Under the pieces are notes generated by a model, which saw only the letters and a list, made by a program, of their open reading frames with translations, was not told where the DNA came from and did no database searches. From contig JADFNM010000001.1 in assembly GCA_022563395.1 (NCBI GenBank), positions 526,342 to 590,341 of the forward strand: DNA of 64,000 bases, written 5' to 3'. The translations under genes were made by a program, and so were the position numbers. This document shows positions 25,599 through 34,290 of the stretch, piece by piece (within the stretch, counting starts at the first letter, position 1; each line of letters begins with the position of its first letter). The stretch comes from Patescibacteria group bacterium. GTDB lineage: Bacteria > Patescibacteriota > Minisyncoccia > Minisyncoccales > UBA10102.

Positions 25599-25951
25599 TG
25601 GAGGTGGGGGCGGTGAAGCCCCGTCTAGAAGATATTCTACCAGTACTTCTACAGGCATAGTCCCATTGAAAGAGAAAGAAGGCGGGAATGGGACGAAGTT
25701 CTTCTTTCTTATGATTCTGTTTGTGTCGCAGCGTTCCCGAATCGCGAAACGATGCCTTTCTCGATGGTTGACACCTGTTTTGCCTATCGAGAGTCAGCAA
25801 ACAGATGGCTTACGGTATTATGCGTAGGCAAACGCCGGTTGTGCCGGCTTGAAAACGTTGGCATTTGTGGTGCCCCAGGTTTTTTTATGAGGAGCCTGGA
25901 ACCTCAGCCTGCATACTGGTGTCCTTTCCTCTATCGAAACAATTCACCCCC
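25599..25951 (-). ncRNA. ssrA: tmRNA (SsrA), one-piece
   Basis: 5' end GGGGGTGAATTGTTTCGATAG. The 3' T arm is GGGGC-TTCACC-GCCCC, followed by acceptor strand CACCTCC and discriminator A. The 7-bp acceptor has a G3:U70 pair. The tag ORF GCC AAC GTT TTC AAG CCG GCA CAA CCG GCG TTT GCC TAC GCA TAA encodes ANVFKPAQPAFAYA*. It lies directly downstream of smpB on the same strand. Confidence 0.85.
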
Positions 25952-26042
25952 GTCCTTCGCTTTCCTTCGTCAAGCTTCGGACGGCAAGCCGTTCAATGCA
26001 TAAGGGCGAAGGACGCCCTTTCAAAGCTTTAGCGAAGGAGGG
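25952..26042. repeat. F2 GC-rich repeat copy (smpB-ssrA spacer)
   Basis: A 10-bp hairpin pairs CGTCCTTCGC (25951-25960) with GCGAAGGACG (26013-26022). The 14-mer AGCTTTAGCGAAGG at 26025-26038 is identical to 41879-41892. Confidence 0.65.
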
Positions 26043-26489
26043 CTATCTTCTTTTCAGTGCCCGTTCCATCTCTCTTTGGGCTTCTCTTTTTTTCAAGAGT
26101 TCTCGCTTGTCTCCTTTTCTCTTTCCTCTGGCAATACCAAAGGCAAGCTTAAGCTTTGCCTTGCTAGTATACACCCTTAAGGGCACAAAAGTCAATCCCT
26201 CCTGCTTTGATCTTCCGTACAAAGAGCGCAGCTCTTCTTTCTTCATTAAGAGCTTTCTTGCCCGGTCAGGATCGTAGTCAGACCCTGCGTTCTTTGGCTG
26301 GTACGGAGGTAGGGTAGAGCCCAAAAGATAGAGTTCTCCGCCCCGAAAGGAAACAAAAGAGCCCGCCAGCTGCAGCTTCCCTTGACGTATTGCCTTTACC
26401 TCTTGGCCTTTCAGCACCAACCCTGCCTCCAGGGTTTCAAGGATTTGGTAGTCGTGATGCGCCTTTCTGTTTTCAGCTAAAGTTGGCAT
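26043..26489 (-). CDS. smpB: SsrA-binding protein SmpB
   Basis: 148 aa: NRKAHHDYQILETLEAGLVLKGQEVK...KLLMKKEEL. Confidence 0.95.
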   Translation of the reverse strand: MPTLAENRKAHHDYQILETLEAGLVLKGQEVKAIRQGKLQLAGSFVSFRGGELYLLGSTLPPYQPKNAGSDYDPDRARKLLMKKEELRSLYGRSKQEGLTFVPLRVYTSKAKLKLAFGIARGKRKGDKRELLKKREAQREMERALKRR

Positions 26490-26530
26490 AGCTTCATTCT
26501 AAAGGAAAATGTGCTACATTAAAAACAGGT

Positions 26531-28288
26531 ATGATAGTTAAGCATCTAGAAAAACTTGTCCAGAGTGCGCTCAAATCCCTTAAAACCGAAGGTCTCCTTA
26601 ATGAGATTAAGGATTCCTTAATTTCGTTTGAGCATCCGGAGAACCCAGAACACGGGGATTATTCCACCAACGTTGCCCTGGTGCTAGGGAAGCAACTGAA
26701 CCAAAACCCAAGGAAAATTGCAGATTTAATACACTCAAGACTAAACATCAGAGACACAGGGTTTGTAAGCGAAATTAAGGCAGAAGGCCTCGGCTTCATC
26801 AACTTTTTCTTAAAGCAAGAGTACCTTATAGGAGAGTTGCAGGAAGTGATTAAGAAGAAAGAAAAGTATGGTCAAGGCGATGCTCAAAAGAAAAAGGTAA
26901 TGGTTGAGTTTACCGACCCCAACCCCTTCAAGGAGTTTCACATTGGGCATTTGTACAGCAATACCGTTGGGGAGAGTTTGTCTCGACTCCTTGAGGCGCA
27001 GGGAGCTCAGGTAAAGCGGGTGAACTATCAAGGAGATGTGGGGTTGCATGTTGCAAAGGCAGTCTGGGGCATGCAAAGGAATCTTGAAGAACAGCATCTC
27101 TCCCTAAAGGAGTTGGCGAAAAAAGATCTGTCAGTAAGGATGAAGTTTCTCGGGCAGTCATATGCAAAGGGGAACCAAGCGTATGAAACAGGAAACGCAA
27201 AAGAGGATATTGAAAGCTTGAATGCAAAAATCTTCGCCCTAGACAAAGAAATTAAGGAGCTTTATCAGCAAGGCAGAAAATGGAGTCTTGAATATTTTGA
27301 ACAAATCTACAAGCGCTTGGGAACCAAGTTTGACTATTACTACTTTGAAAGCGAAGTAGGAAAGGTAGGGGAAAAGCTTGTAGAAGAAGGAATGAAAAAA
27401 GGAATCTTTGAGAAAAGCCAGGGAGCAGTTATTTTTCCTGGAGAGAAATACGGCCTCCATAGCAGGGTATTCATTACTTCTCAGGGATTGCCAACCTATG
27501 AGGCAAAAGAGCTTGGGTTGGCTCCCACAAAATACAAAGACTTTAAGTATGATCTTTCCCTCATTATTACTGGGAATGAAATCATTGATTATTTTAAAGT
27601 ACTACTGGCCGCATTAAAGGAAATAAATCCAGAGCTTGGGAGAAAAACCAAGCATCTTTCCCACGGCATGGTACGTCTGCCAGAAGGCAAGATGTCGAGC
27701 CGTACCGGAAACGTTGTTACAGGGGAAGAGCTGATTGAAGAGGTAAAAGGCAGAGTACAAAAGATTATGAAGTCCTCGGGAAGCGAGATTCCCGAAAAGG
27801 AGCAGGAAGCTGCAACAGAAAGCATTGCAGTTGGGGCAGTAAAATATTCTTTGTTGAGGATCGGTCTTGGTAGAGATATCACTTTTGATTTTGATAAATC
27901 TCTGAGTTTAGAGGGGGAAAGTGGTCCATATCTTCAATACACGTATGCCAGATGCCGCAGCATCCTCCGCAAGGCAAACTTAAAGAGACTAAGTTATTCA
28001 CACCTTAAAGAAACTAAGTTGCTCCCAGAGGAGATGGCTTTGTTGAGGTTGCTGTATAGATTTCCAGAAATTGTTAGAGATGCAGCAGACAACTTTTCTC
28101 CTAATCTTGTTTGCAGCTTTGTGTTTGATATTGCCCAGGCCTACAACAACTTCTACAACACCCACCGGGTTTTGCAGGCAGAAATTGAGGAGCAAAAGAA
28201 CTTTCGCCTTGTGCTTACTGCAGCCACAGCCCAGATTATTCAGAATTCTCTCAAACTCTTGGGCATTAAAACCCCAGAGCGCATGTAA
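26531..28288 (+). CDS. argS: Arginine--tRNA ligase
   Basis: 585 aa. Motifs HGDYSTNVA, class I motif FHIGHLYS, and GKMSSRTGN, followed by a C-terminal DALR anticodon-binding domain. Confidence 0.95.
   Translation: MIVKHLEKLVQSALKSLKTEGLLNEIKDSLISFEHPENPEHGDYSTNVALVLGKQLNQNPRKIADLIHSRLNIRDTGFVSEIKAEGLGFINFFLKQEYLIGELQEVIKKKEKYGQGDAQKKKVMVEFTDPNPFKEFHIGHLYSNTVGESLSRLLEAQGAQVKRVNYQGDVGLHVAKAVWGMQRNLEEQHLSLKELAKKDLSVRMKFLGQSYAKGNQAYETGNAKEDIESLNAKIFALDKEIKELYQQGRKWSLEYFEQIYKRLGTKFDYYYFESEVGKVGEKLVEEGMKKGIFEKSQGAVIFPGEKYGLHSRVFITSQGLPTYEAKELGLAPTKYKDFKYDLSLIITGNEIIDYFKVLLAALKEINPELGRKTKHLSHGMVRLPEGKMSSRTGNVVTGEELIEEVKGRVQKIMKSSGSEIPEKEQEAATESIAVGAVKYSLLRIGLGRDITFDFDKSLSLEGESGPYLQYTYARCRSILRKANLKRLSYSHLKETKLLPEEMALLRLLYRFPEIVRDAADNFSPNLVCSFVFDIAQAYNNFYNTHRVLQAEIEEQKNFRLVLTAATAQIIQNSLKLLGIKTPERM
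26594..26632. repeat. R1 repeat copy, in frame within argS
   Basis: CTCCTTAATGAGATTAAGGATTCCTTAATTTCGTTTGAG is translated as LLNEIKDSLISFE (ArgS residues 22-34). Confidence 0.85.
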
Positions 28289-28346
28289 ACTTAGTTTAAC
28301 TAAGGACGCATTGAAAAGCGCCTCAAAAGGTGATACTTTACTATAT

Positions 28347-31226
28347 ATGGAAGTGAATTTTCCCAAGCTGGAAGAGCAAATCCTCAAGCGCTGGAGACGA
28401 GAAAAAACCTTTGTAAAATCCGTGGCAAGGAGAAAAAACTCTCCTCGCTTTGTGTTTTACGAAGGTCCTCCCACCGCCAACGGGAAACCAGGTTTGCACC
28501 ATGTGGAGTCCCGGTCTTTTAAAGACGTTGTGCTCCGCTACAAAACCATGCGGGGATTTTTTGTTCCGAGGCGTGCTGGGTGGGATACCCATGGTCTTCC
28601 TGTGGAGCTGGAGGTGGAAAAACAACTGGGGCTAAAGTCCAAAAAAGACATTGAAAAGTACGGCATAGCAAAGTTTAACGAGGAGTGCAGAAAGTCGGTG
28701 TGGAAATACAAGAAAGAGTGGGAAGAGCTCACAAACAGGGCGGGAGTATGGCTGGATACGGATAATGCGTATATTACCTATGAAACCCCGTACATTGAAA
28801 CCCTGTGGCAGATAATCAAAACCTGGTGGCAAAAAGGTCTCTTGTACAAAGACTACAAGGTAGTGCCTTTTTGCACGAGGTGCGGCACTCCCTTGTCTTC
28901 CCATGAGCTGGCCCAGGGGTACAAAACCGTAAAAGACCTTTCTGTCTATGTGAAGTTCAGGGCAAAAGGAAAGAAGCTTCCGCAAAAGACCTTCTTTCTT
29001 GCTTGGACCACCACGCCCTGGACCTTGCCTGGTAACGTTGCCTTGGCAGTAGGCAGGAATATTTCCTATGTCTTGGTAAAAAAAGACAATGAGCATTATC
29101 TCATGGCTAAAGGTTTGGCAGAGAAAGTGCTTCTAAAGTATGACGTTGTCAAAACGTTTTCTGGCAAAGACCTTGTGGGAATGAAATATGAGCCCCTGTT
29201 TTCTTTTAAAAAGCCAGAACAAGGAAAAAAGGCATGGGAAGTTGTTGCAGCAGACTTTGTTTCTACTAAGGAGGGAACCGGCATTGTGCATACCGCAGTT
29301 GCCTACGGAGTAGAGGACTTTGAGCTGGGGAAAAAAGAAAATCTTGCCATGCTCCACCTTGTGGACGAGCAAGGGAAGTTTGTAAAGGAAGCCACTCCTT
29401 TTAAAGGAAAGTTTGTAAAGGATGCTGACCCCTTGATTATAGCCGACCTGAAAAAGCGAAACCTCTTGTTCAAAGAGGAGTGGTATGAGCACGAGTATCC
29501 TTTTTGTTGGAGATGCTCCACACCATTGCTGTATTATGCAAAGGAAACATGGTTTATAAACATGCAGAAGGTGAAAAAACAACTCTTGGCAAACAACAGG
29601 AAGATAAACTGGATTCCAGGACACTTAAAGGAAGGCAGGATGGGAGAATGGCTAAAGGAGGTGAAGGACTGGGCGTTTTCCCGAGAACGGTACTGGGGAA
29701 CTCCATTGCCCATTTGGGAGTGCACCATGTGCGAAGAAAAAGAGGTTATCGGCTCTGTAAAAGAACTGCTTTCAAAGAAGCTTTTGCAAAACCCCTACAA
29801 AGGAAAGAAAGATATTGACTTGCACCGGCCGTATGTAGATGAAGTGGAGTTTCCTTGCACAAACTGCAAGGGAATCATGAAGAGGGTAAAGGATGTGGTG
29901 GATGTTTGGTATGATTCTGGTGCCATGCCCTTTGCCCAAAACCACTGGATGGGAGAAAAGAAACCAAAAGAGTTTCCTGCAGACTATATTGTAGAAGCCA
30001 TAGACCAGACCAGGGGTTGGTTCTATACCCTGCTTGCAGTATCCACGCTTCTTGGTTTTGGTCCCCCGTTCAAGAATGTTATCTCTTTGGGTCATCTGTT
30101 GGACGCAAAGGGAGAAAAGATGTCTAAGTCCAAGGGTAACGTGGTGAATCCTTGGGATGTGGCAGACAAATACGGCATGGATGCGGTGCGCTGGTACTTC
30201 TTTTCTGTAAATCATCCCTGGGACCCGAAGCTTTTTTCCGAGCGAGACCTTCAACAGACCTTAAGAAAGTTTATCTTAACCCTGTGGAATTCCCTGGCGT
30301 TCTATGAAACGTATAATCCTAAACGAGATTTAGGAGTTCCTAAATCTCGTTTAAGCGAGAATGTGCTGGATCAATGGATCGTGTCTCGCTTAAACACAAC
30401 CACAGCAGACATGACAAGGAAGATGGACGAATACGATATTACAGGAGCTGCCCGCGCCTTGGAATCTTTTGTTATTGAAAATCTTTCTCTGTGGTACATT
30501 CGAAGATCGAGAAGCAGGTTTCAGAACCCCAAAAGCAAGAAGGAATTGCAGGATGCGGTTTCAACCCTTGGATATGTACTTTTTCAGACAAGCTTGCTTT
30601 CTGCCCCGTTTATTCCTTTTTTGAGCGAGGTTGTGTTTGAGAAAAGCAATGGAAAAGGGAGCGTACACTTGCAGGATTGGCCCTTCGACCCAGCTCAGGA
30701 TAAACCAAAAGCCCCAAAACAAGATAAAAAATTAGAACAGGAGATGGAGAAAGTACGGCACATTGCAAGCAAAGGGCTGGCCTTGAGGGCAAAGGCGGGT
30801 CTTCGGGTGCGCCAACCCTTGGCAAAACTCACCATAAAAGAAAAACTTCAAAAAGAATTGCTGCTTTTGCTTCAAGATGAGTTAAACGTAAAAGAAGTGG
30901 TGGTGAGCTCAAAGCTTAAAGGGGATGTGCAGTTGGACACCAAACTTACGCCTCAATTAAGAGAAGAGGGGCTGGTGCGGGAGTTGTTGCGCCATATTCA
31001 GGGCATGAGAAAAGATGCAGGGTATAAGCCGCGCCATCGCGTTCGGTTGCGCTATGCCGGGACAGCCGACGTCAAAAATCTGTTTTCTCGCCACAAAGAA
31101 ACCCTTGTAAAGATTGGAGGCATCACAGAACTTTTGGAAGGAGACCGCCCCAAACAGGTGTTTGATATTGAGAAAACAATAAAGATTGGAGGAAAGAAGC
31201 TGTGGCTCGGCATCCGCAAGATTTGA
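28347..31226 (+). CDS. ileS: Isoleucine--tRNA ligase
   Basis: 959 aa from ATG 28347. The 1051-aa track ORF is an upstream extension that overlaps argS. Motifs PPTANGKPGLHH, an editing domain, and KMSKSKGN. Confidence 0.95.
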   Translation: MEVNFPKLEEQILKRWRREKTFVKSVARRKNSPRFVFYEGPPTANGKPGLHHVESRSFKDVVLRYKTMRGFFVPRRAGWDTHGLPVELEVEKQLGLKSKKDIEKYGIAKFNEECRKSVWKYKKEWEELTNRAGVWLDTDNAYITYETPYIETLWQIIKTWWQKGLLYKDYKVVPFCTRCGTPLSSHELAQGYKTVKDLSVYVKFRAKGKKLPQKTFFLAWTTTPWTLPGNVALAVGRNISYVLVKKDNEHYLMAKGLAEKVLLKYDVVKTFSGKDLVGMKYEPLFSFKKPEQGKKAWEVVAADFVSTKEGTGIVHTAVAYGVEDFELGKKENLAMLHLVDEQGKFVKEATPFKGKFVKDADPLIIADLKKRNLLFKEEWYEHEYPFCWRCSTPLLYYAKETWFINMQKVKKQLLANNRKINWIPGHLKEGRMGEWLKEVKDWAFSRERYWGTPLPIWECTMCEEKEVIGSVKELLSKKLLQNPYKGKKDIDLHRPYVDEVEFPCTNCKGIMKRVKDVVDVWYDSGAMPFAQNHWMGEKKPKEFPADYIVEAIDQTRGWFYTLLAVSTLLGFGPPFKNVISLGHLLDAKGEKMSKSKGNVVNPWDVADKYGMDAVRWYFFSVNHPWDPKLFSERDLQQTLRKFILTLWNSLAFYETYNPKRDLGVPKSRLSENVLDQWIVSRLNTTTADMTRKMDEYDITGAARALESFVIENLSLWYIRRSRSRFQNPKSKKELQDAVSTLGYVLFQTSLLSAPFIPFLSEVVFEKSNGKGSVHLQDWPFDPAQDKPKAPKQDKKLEQEMEKVRHIASKGLALRAKAGLRVRQPLAKLTIKEKLQKELLLLLQDELNVKEVVVSSKLKGDVQLDTKLTPQLREEGLVRELLRHIQGMRKDAGYKPRHRVRLRYAGTADVKNLFSRHKETLVKIGGITELLEGDRPKQVFDIEKTIKIGGKKLWLGIRKI
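30318..30355. repeat. R1 repeat copy, in frame within ileS
   Basis: CCTAAACGAGATTTAGGAGTTCCTAAATCTCGTTTAAG is translated as PKRDLGVPKSRLS. Confidence 0.85.
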
Positions 31227-31346
31227 CTTTTTAGGCAACTTGTGCTGTATATATTCTTGGATGCAGCAAATCTATAACATAGCTGCGCGAGCACCTAGCA
31301 AGGGCCCGCTGAAAGGCGACGCCCCAAAAGAAAGGGAGGACTTGCA

Positions 31347-31985
31347 ATGGAAATAGCAACCCTCGATCAGGCAACGAAGATACTAGCCCACTTTAAGGAT
31401 GAGCCAAGGGACCAAGTTCAGGCACTTATTGAGTCTGGACTTCTAGCTGACCTTCGGGATGCCAATTTCAACGAGGAGATTGACCGAGACGCAGTTCGGA
31501 AGCTTCTTGGCCTTAAGCCACTCAACCAGCCGTTTCTGGAGGAGGGCGGCACGGCCATGATTCCGGCGACTACTGAGCAGTTTGTGGTCCGAGAGAAGTT
31601 TGTGAGGGGCAATACCTTGTTTCTTGGCATGAATTTCGAGGGGTGGTTTGAAGGCAAGACCGAGGAAGCAGTCATGGAGACAGAGCTTCGCTACGCGACG
31701 CTTACAGGATCTTTGGTGGGCAGGCCAATTCTCGCCGAACTCGGCGACAAGGCCGAAACCACACTTGCCCAGATTTGGGCTCTCATGGAGCGCCAGCCCA
31801 ACGGCGAGGAAGGCGTTTTGCTCACCGGCGGGTGGGAGAATGTCTTCTATGTCCGTGATGTCAACGGCGAGCTCCGTGTGGTGTACGTCAGCCGGGGCGG
31901 TAGCAGCTGGCTCGTGGATGCTGACTTGGCCACGCGCATGCGTAGTTTGAGCGTTGGCTATCGGGTGTTCTCCCGCAATTCCTAG
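31347..31985 (+). CDS. Hypothetical protein (orphan, GC-rich islet)
   Basis: 212 aa with the strong SD AAGGGAGGA. No motif I can recognise. Composition is clearly GC-richer than the flanking ileS and recO. Confidence 0.6.
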   Translation: MEIATLDQATKILAHFKDEPRDQVQALIESGLLADLRDANFNEEIDRDAVRKLLGLKPLNQPFLEEGGTAMIPATTEQFVVREKFVRGNTLFLGMNFEGWFEGKTEEAVMETELRYATLTGSLVGRPILAELGDKAETTLAQIWALMERQPNGEEGVLLTGGWENVFYVRDVNGELRVVYVSRGGSSWLVDADLATRMRSLSVGYRVFSRNS

Positions 31986-32007
31986 AGCTTTGTCTCTTGG
32001 AACCTTT

Positions 32008-32050
32008 GCCCTCGGCTTGCGATTGTGCGAGCTGAGGGCATTTCTTTATC
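32008..32050 (+). terminator. Intrinsic terminator after the orphan gene
   Basis: 13-bp stem GCCCTCGGCTTGC / GCGAGCTGAGGGC (two G.U pairs) followed by ATTTCTTTAT. Confidence 0.65.
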
Positions 32051-32109
32051 TCATGGAAATACGAACAAATTAAGGCAAGAAATCGCAAAAATACTGCTGC
32101 TCTGCCAAG

Positions 32110-32138
32110 ATGACAAAGAGGGGACTGTAAGATATAAT
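32110..32138 (+). promoter_or_regulatory. Sigma70-like promoter ATGACA-N17-TATAAT (recO)
   Basis: Read directly from the sequence. Confidence 0.5.
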
Positions 32139-32164
32139 GGGGAACGTTAAGCGAATTTGAGCCA

Positions 32165-32626
32165 ATGGCATTTCATTACAAAACCCAAGGCATTATACTA
32201 AAGAAGCAAGATCAAGGTGAGGCAAACCGAATCTTTAAGGTGTTTTGCAAAGAGTACGGCAAACTTACGATGTTTGCGGTATCAGAGCGAAAGATCACCT
32301 CAAAGCTAAGAGGCGGATTGGAGCTCTTTTCTCTTTCGTACTTAGAGTTTGTGCAAGGGAAACAAAAAAAGGTACTGGTGGAAGCAATTTCACTCAGACA
32401 GTATCTCGCTTCCCCTCAGGATCTTTCTTACTTGCGCTCGGCCTTGCAAATTGCAAAACTTGTTGATCAACATATGGCAGAACAAGAAAGAGACGAGAAG
32501 GTGTGGGATTTGCTTCTCCAATCTTTTTCTGAACTTAAAGAGGGCACTGCTCCAGAAAAGGCATACCAGTCATTTGTGCCCCGGTTCATGACCTTGGCAG
32601 GATATGGAAAAGAAGTTGTTGTATGA
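32165..32626 (+). CDS. recO: DNA repair protein RecO (short form, OB-fold N-domain)
   Basis: 153 aa. The segment TQGIILKKQDQGEANRIFKVFCKEYGKLTMFAVSERK..SKLRGGLELFS matches the RecO N-terminal pattern. The zinc-finger/C-terminal domain is absent. Confidence 0.65.
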   Translation: MAFHYKTQGIILKKQDQGEANRIFKVFCKEYGKLTMFAVSERKITSKLRGGLELFSLSYLEFVQGKQKKVLVEAISLRQYLASPQDLSYLRSALQIAKLVDQHMAEQERDEKVWDLLLQSFSELKEGTAPEKAYQSFVPRFMTLAGYGKEVVV

Positions 32627-34287
32627 GAATCTCTCGATTTCAATTAATTATTATCTTTATCGCAGTTCTCGTGGGAATAGCCGGGTTTTGGCTGTGGCAG
32701 AAAAATAGCTACTCAAAGGAAATCTTAAAACTGGAGATTATAGCTCCTTCTGAAGCAACAATGGGAGAGGAGATTACCTATGTTGTGAAATACAAAAACA
32801 ACGGAAATGTGCGTTTGCAAAACCCCGTCTTAATCTTTGAGTATCCAGCGGGAGCTGTGCCGACAACAGACCAAAACACCAGAATCACTCAGTCCTTAGA
32901 TGATATCTATCCGGGGCAGGAGAGAAACTCCTCTTTTTCCTCTAGGCTTTTTGGCAAGGAGGGAGAGATAAAAGAGGCAAAGGTACTGCTGCAATACACC
33001 CCAAGAAATCTCAATGCCCAGTTTGAGTCCGAAACCACTGCAACCACGCTCATTTCCCACGTTCCCTTGACCTTTGAGCTGGACCTGCCTTCTCGCATGG
33101 AAGCCGGCCAGGAGTTTTCTTTTGCCTTAAACTACTTTTCCAACTCAGAATATCCCTTATCTGACCTTAGAATTACCATAGAGTATCCAGAAGGGTTTTT
33201 CTTTACTAAAGCTACTCCTTCTCCCATTGGTGAGTCGGAATGGAACGTTGGTCTTTTAAACAAGGCAGAAGGGGGCCGCATTTCTATTACAGGCTCTTTG
33301 GAAGGAGAGGTTCAGGAAGCCAAGATTTTCAAGGCGACCCTGGGAACCTGGAAGGAAGGTAAGTTTACCCTGCTCCGTGAAGCAATCAAAGGAATTGAGA
33401 TTACAAGGACCCGTATCTTAATCTCCCAAGAGGTCAATGGCGTTGCAGATTATGTTGCCTCACCCAAAGATACCCTTCACTACGTTATCTCTTTTAAAAA
33501 TGTTTCAGAAAAGACCTTGGAAAACCTGTTTTTGGTGGTTTCTCTGGAAGGGCGCCCCTTTGATTTAACAAGTATAAAATCAGATTTTGGGACCTTCCAG
33601 CTAGGAGACAATTCCATCATCTTTGAATCAAAGAAGGTTTCAAGACTGCGGTTTCTTGGGAAGGGTGAGGAAGGAAAGGTAGAGTTTTGGGTGAATGTAA
33701 AAGAAGAATGGGAAACCTTTAGTTCCCAAGACAAGAGTTTTGTTGCACGAAACCGCATTATTCTTTCTGACGTTACCGAAGAGTTTGAGCTCAAGGTGAA
33801 CTCAAAGCTAGAAATTGGCCAGGCAGCCTATTTTCAAGACGAGGTGTTTGGCAATCAAGGCCCCTTGCCCCCGCAGGTTGGAGTACCCACAACGTACACC
33901 GTAGTATGGCAGGTAAAGAACCTGTACAATGACGTTCAAAACGCAAAGGTGAGAGCGGTTCTTCCTCTGGGAATAAGTTTAACTGGAAGTGTGTTCAAAG
34001 AAGGAGAATCCCTAACCTTTGACCAGGTATCCCGGGAGGTGGTATGGGAAGTGGGAGATCTTTCAGCTGGTACAGGACCCTTTGAAACTGCCCCTTCAGT
34101 GGCTTTTCAGATACGCTTGACCCCTTCAGAATCCCAACAAGGAAATGTTGTCCAGTTAATTGGTGAAGCAAACATACAGGCAGACGACCTGTTTACCGAG
34201 CAATCTTTGTCTGCCGCCGACTCTCCTATTAATACCACGCTCCCAGACGACGATTCCGTTACAGCTCAAATGGGAGTGATACAATAA
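32623..34287 (+). CDS. Membrane-anchored surface protein with DUF11/CARDB-like beta-sandwich repeats
   Basis: 554 aa with an N-terminal TM helix. It has repeated segments of the type EITYVVKYKNNGNVRLQNPVL... Its start overlaps the recO stop (ATGA). Confidence 0.45.
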   Translation: MRISRFQLIIIFIAVLVGIAGFWLWQKNSYSKEILKLEIIAPSEATMGEEITYVVKYKNNGNVRLQNPVLIFEYPAGAVPTTDQNTRITQSLDDIYPGQERNSSFSSRLFGKEGEIKEAKVLLQYTPRNLNAQFESETTATTLISHVPLTFELDLPSRMEAGQEFSFALNYFSNSEYPLSDLRITIEYPEGFFFTKATPSPIGESEWNVGLLNKAEGGRISITGSLEGEVQEAKIFKATLGTWKEGKFTLLREAIKGIEITRTRILISQEVNGVADYVASPKDTLHYVISFKNVSEKTLENLFLVVSLEGRPFDLTSIKSDFGTFQLGDNSIIFESKKVSRLRFLGKGEEGKVEFWVNVKEEWETFSSQDKSFVARNRIILSDVTEEFELKVNSKLEIGQAAYFQDEVFGNQGPLPPQVGVPTTYTVVWQVKNLYNDVQNAKVRAVLPLGISLTGSVFKEGESLTFDQVSREVVWEVGDLSAGTGPFETAPSVAFQIRLTPSESQQGNVVQLIGEANIQADDLFTEQSLSAADSPINTTLPDDDSVTAQMGVIQ

Positions 34288-34290
34288 TCT

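Noticed and set aside
28071-28346. The 1051-aa track ORF starting at 28071 as the ileS start
   Set aside because: The first 92 codons overlap the 3' end of argS in another frame and look non-protein-like. IleS homology begins at MEVNFPKLEEQ (ATG 28347), which has its own -10 box.
29133-30254. Minus-strand ORFs of 163 and 160 aa inside ileS
   Set aside because: They are antisense to a strongly supported aaRS gene and show no SD, promoter or motif.
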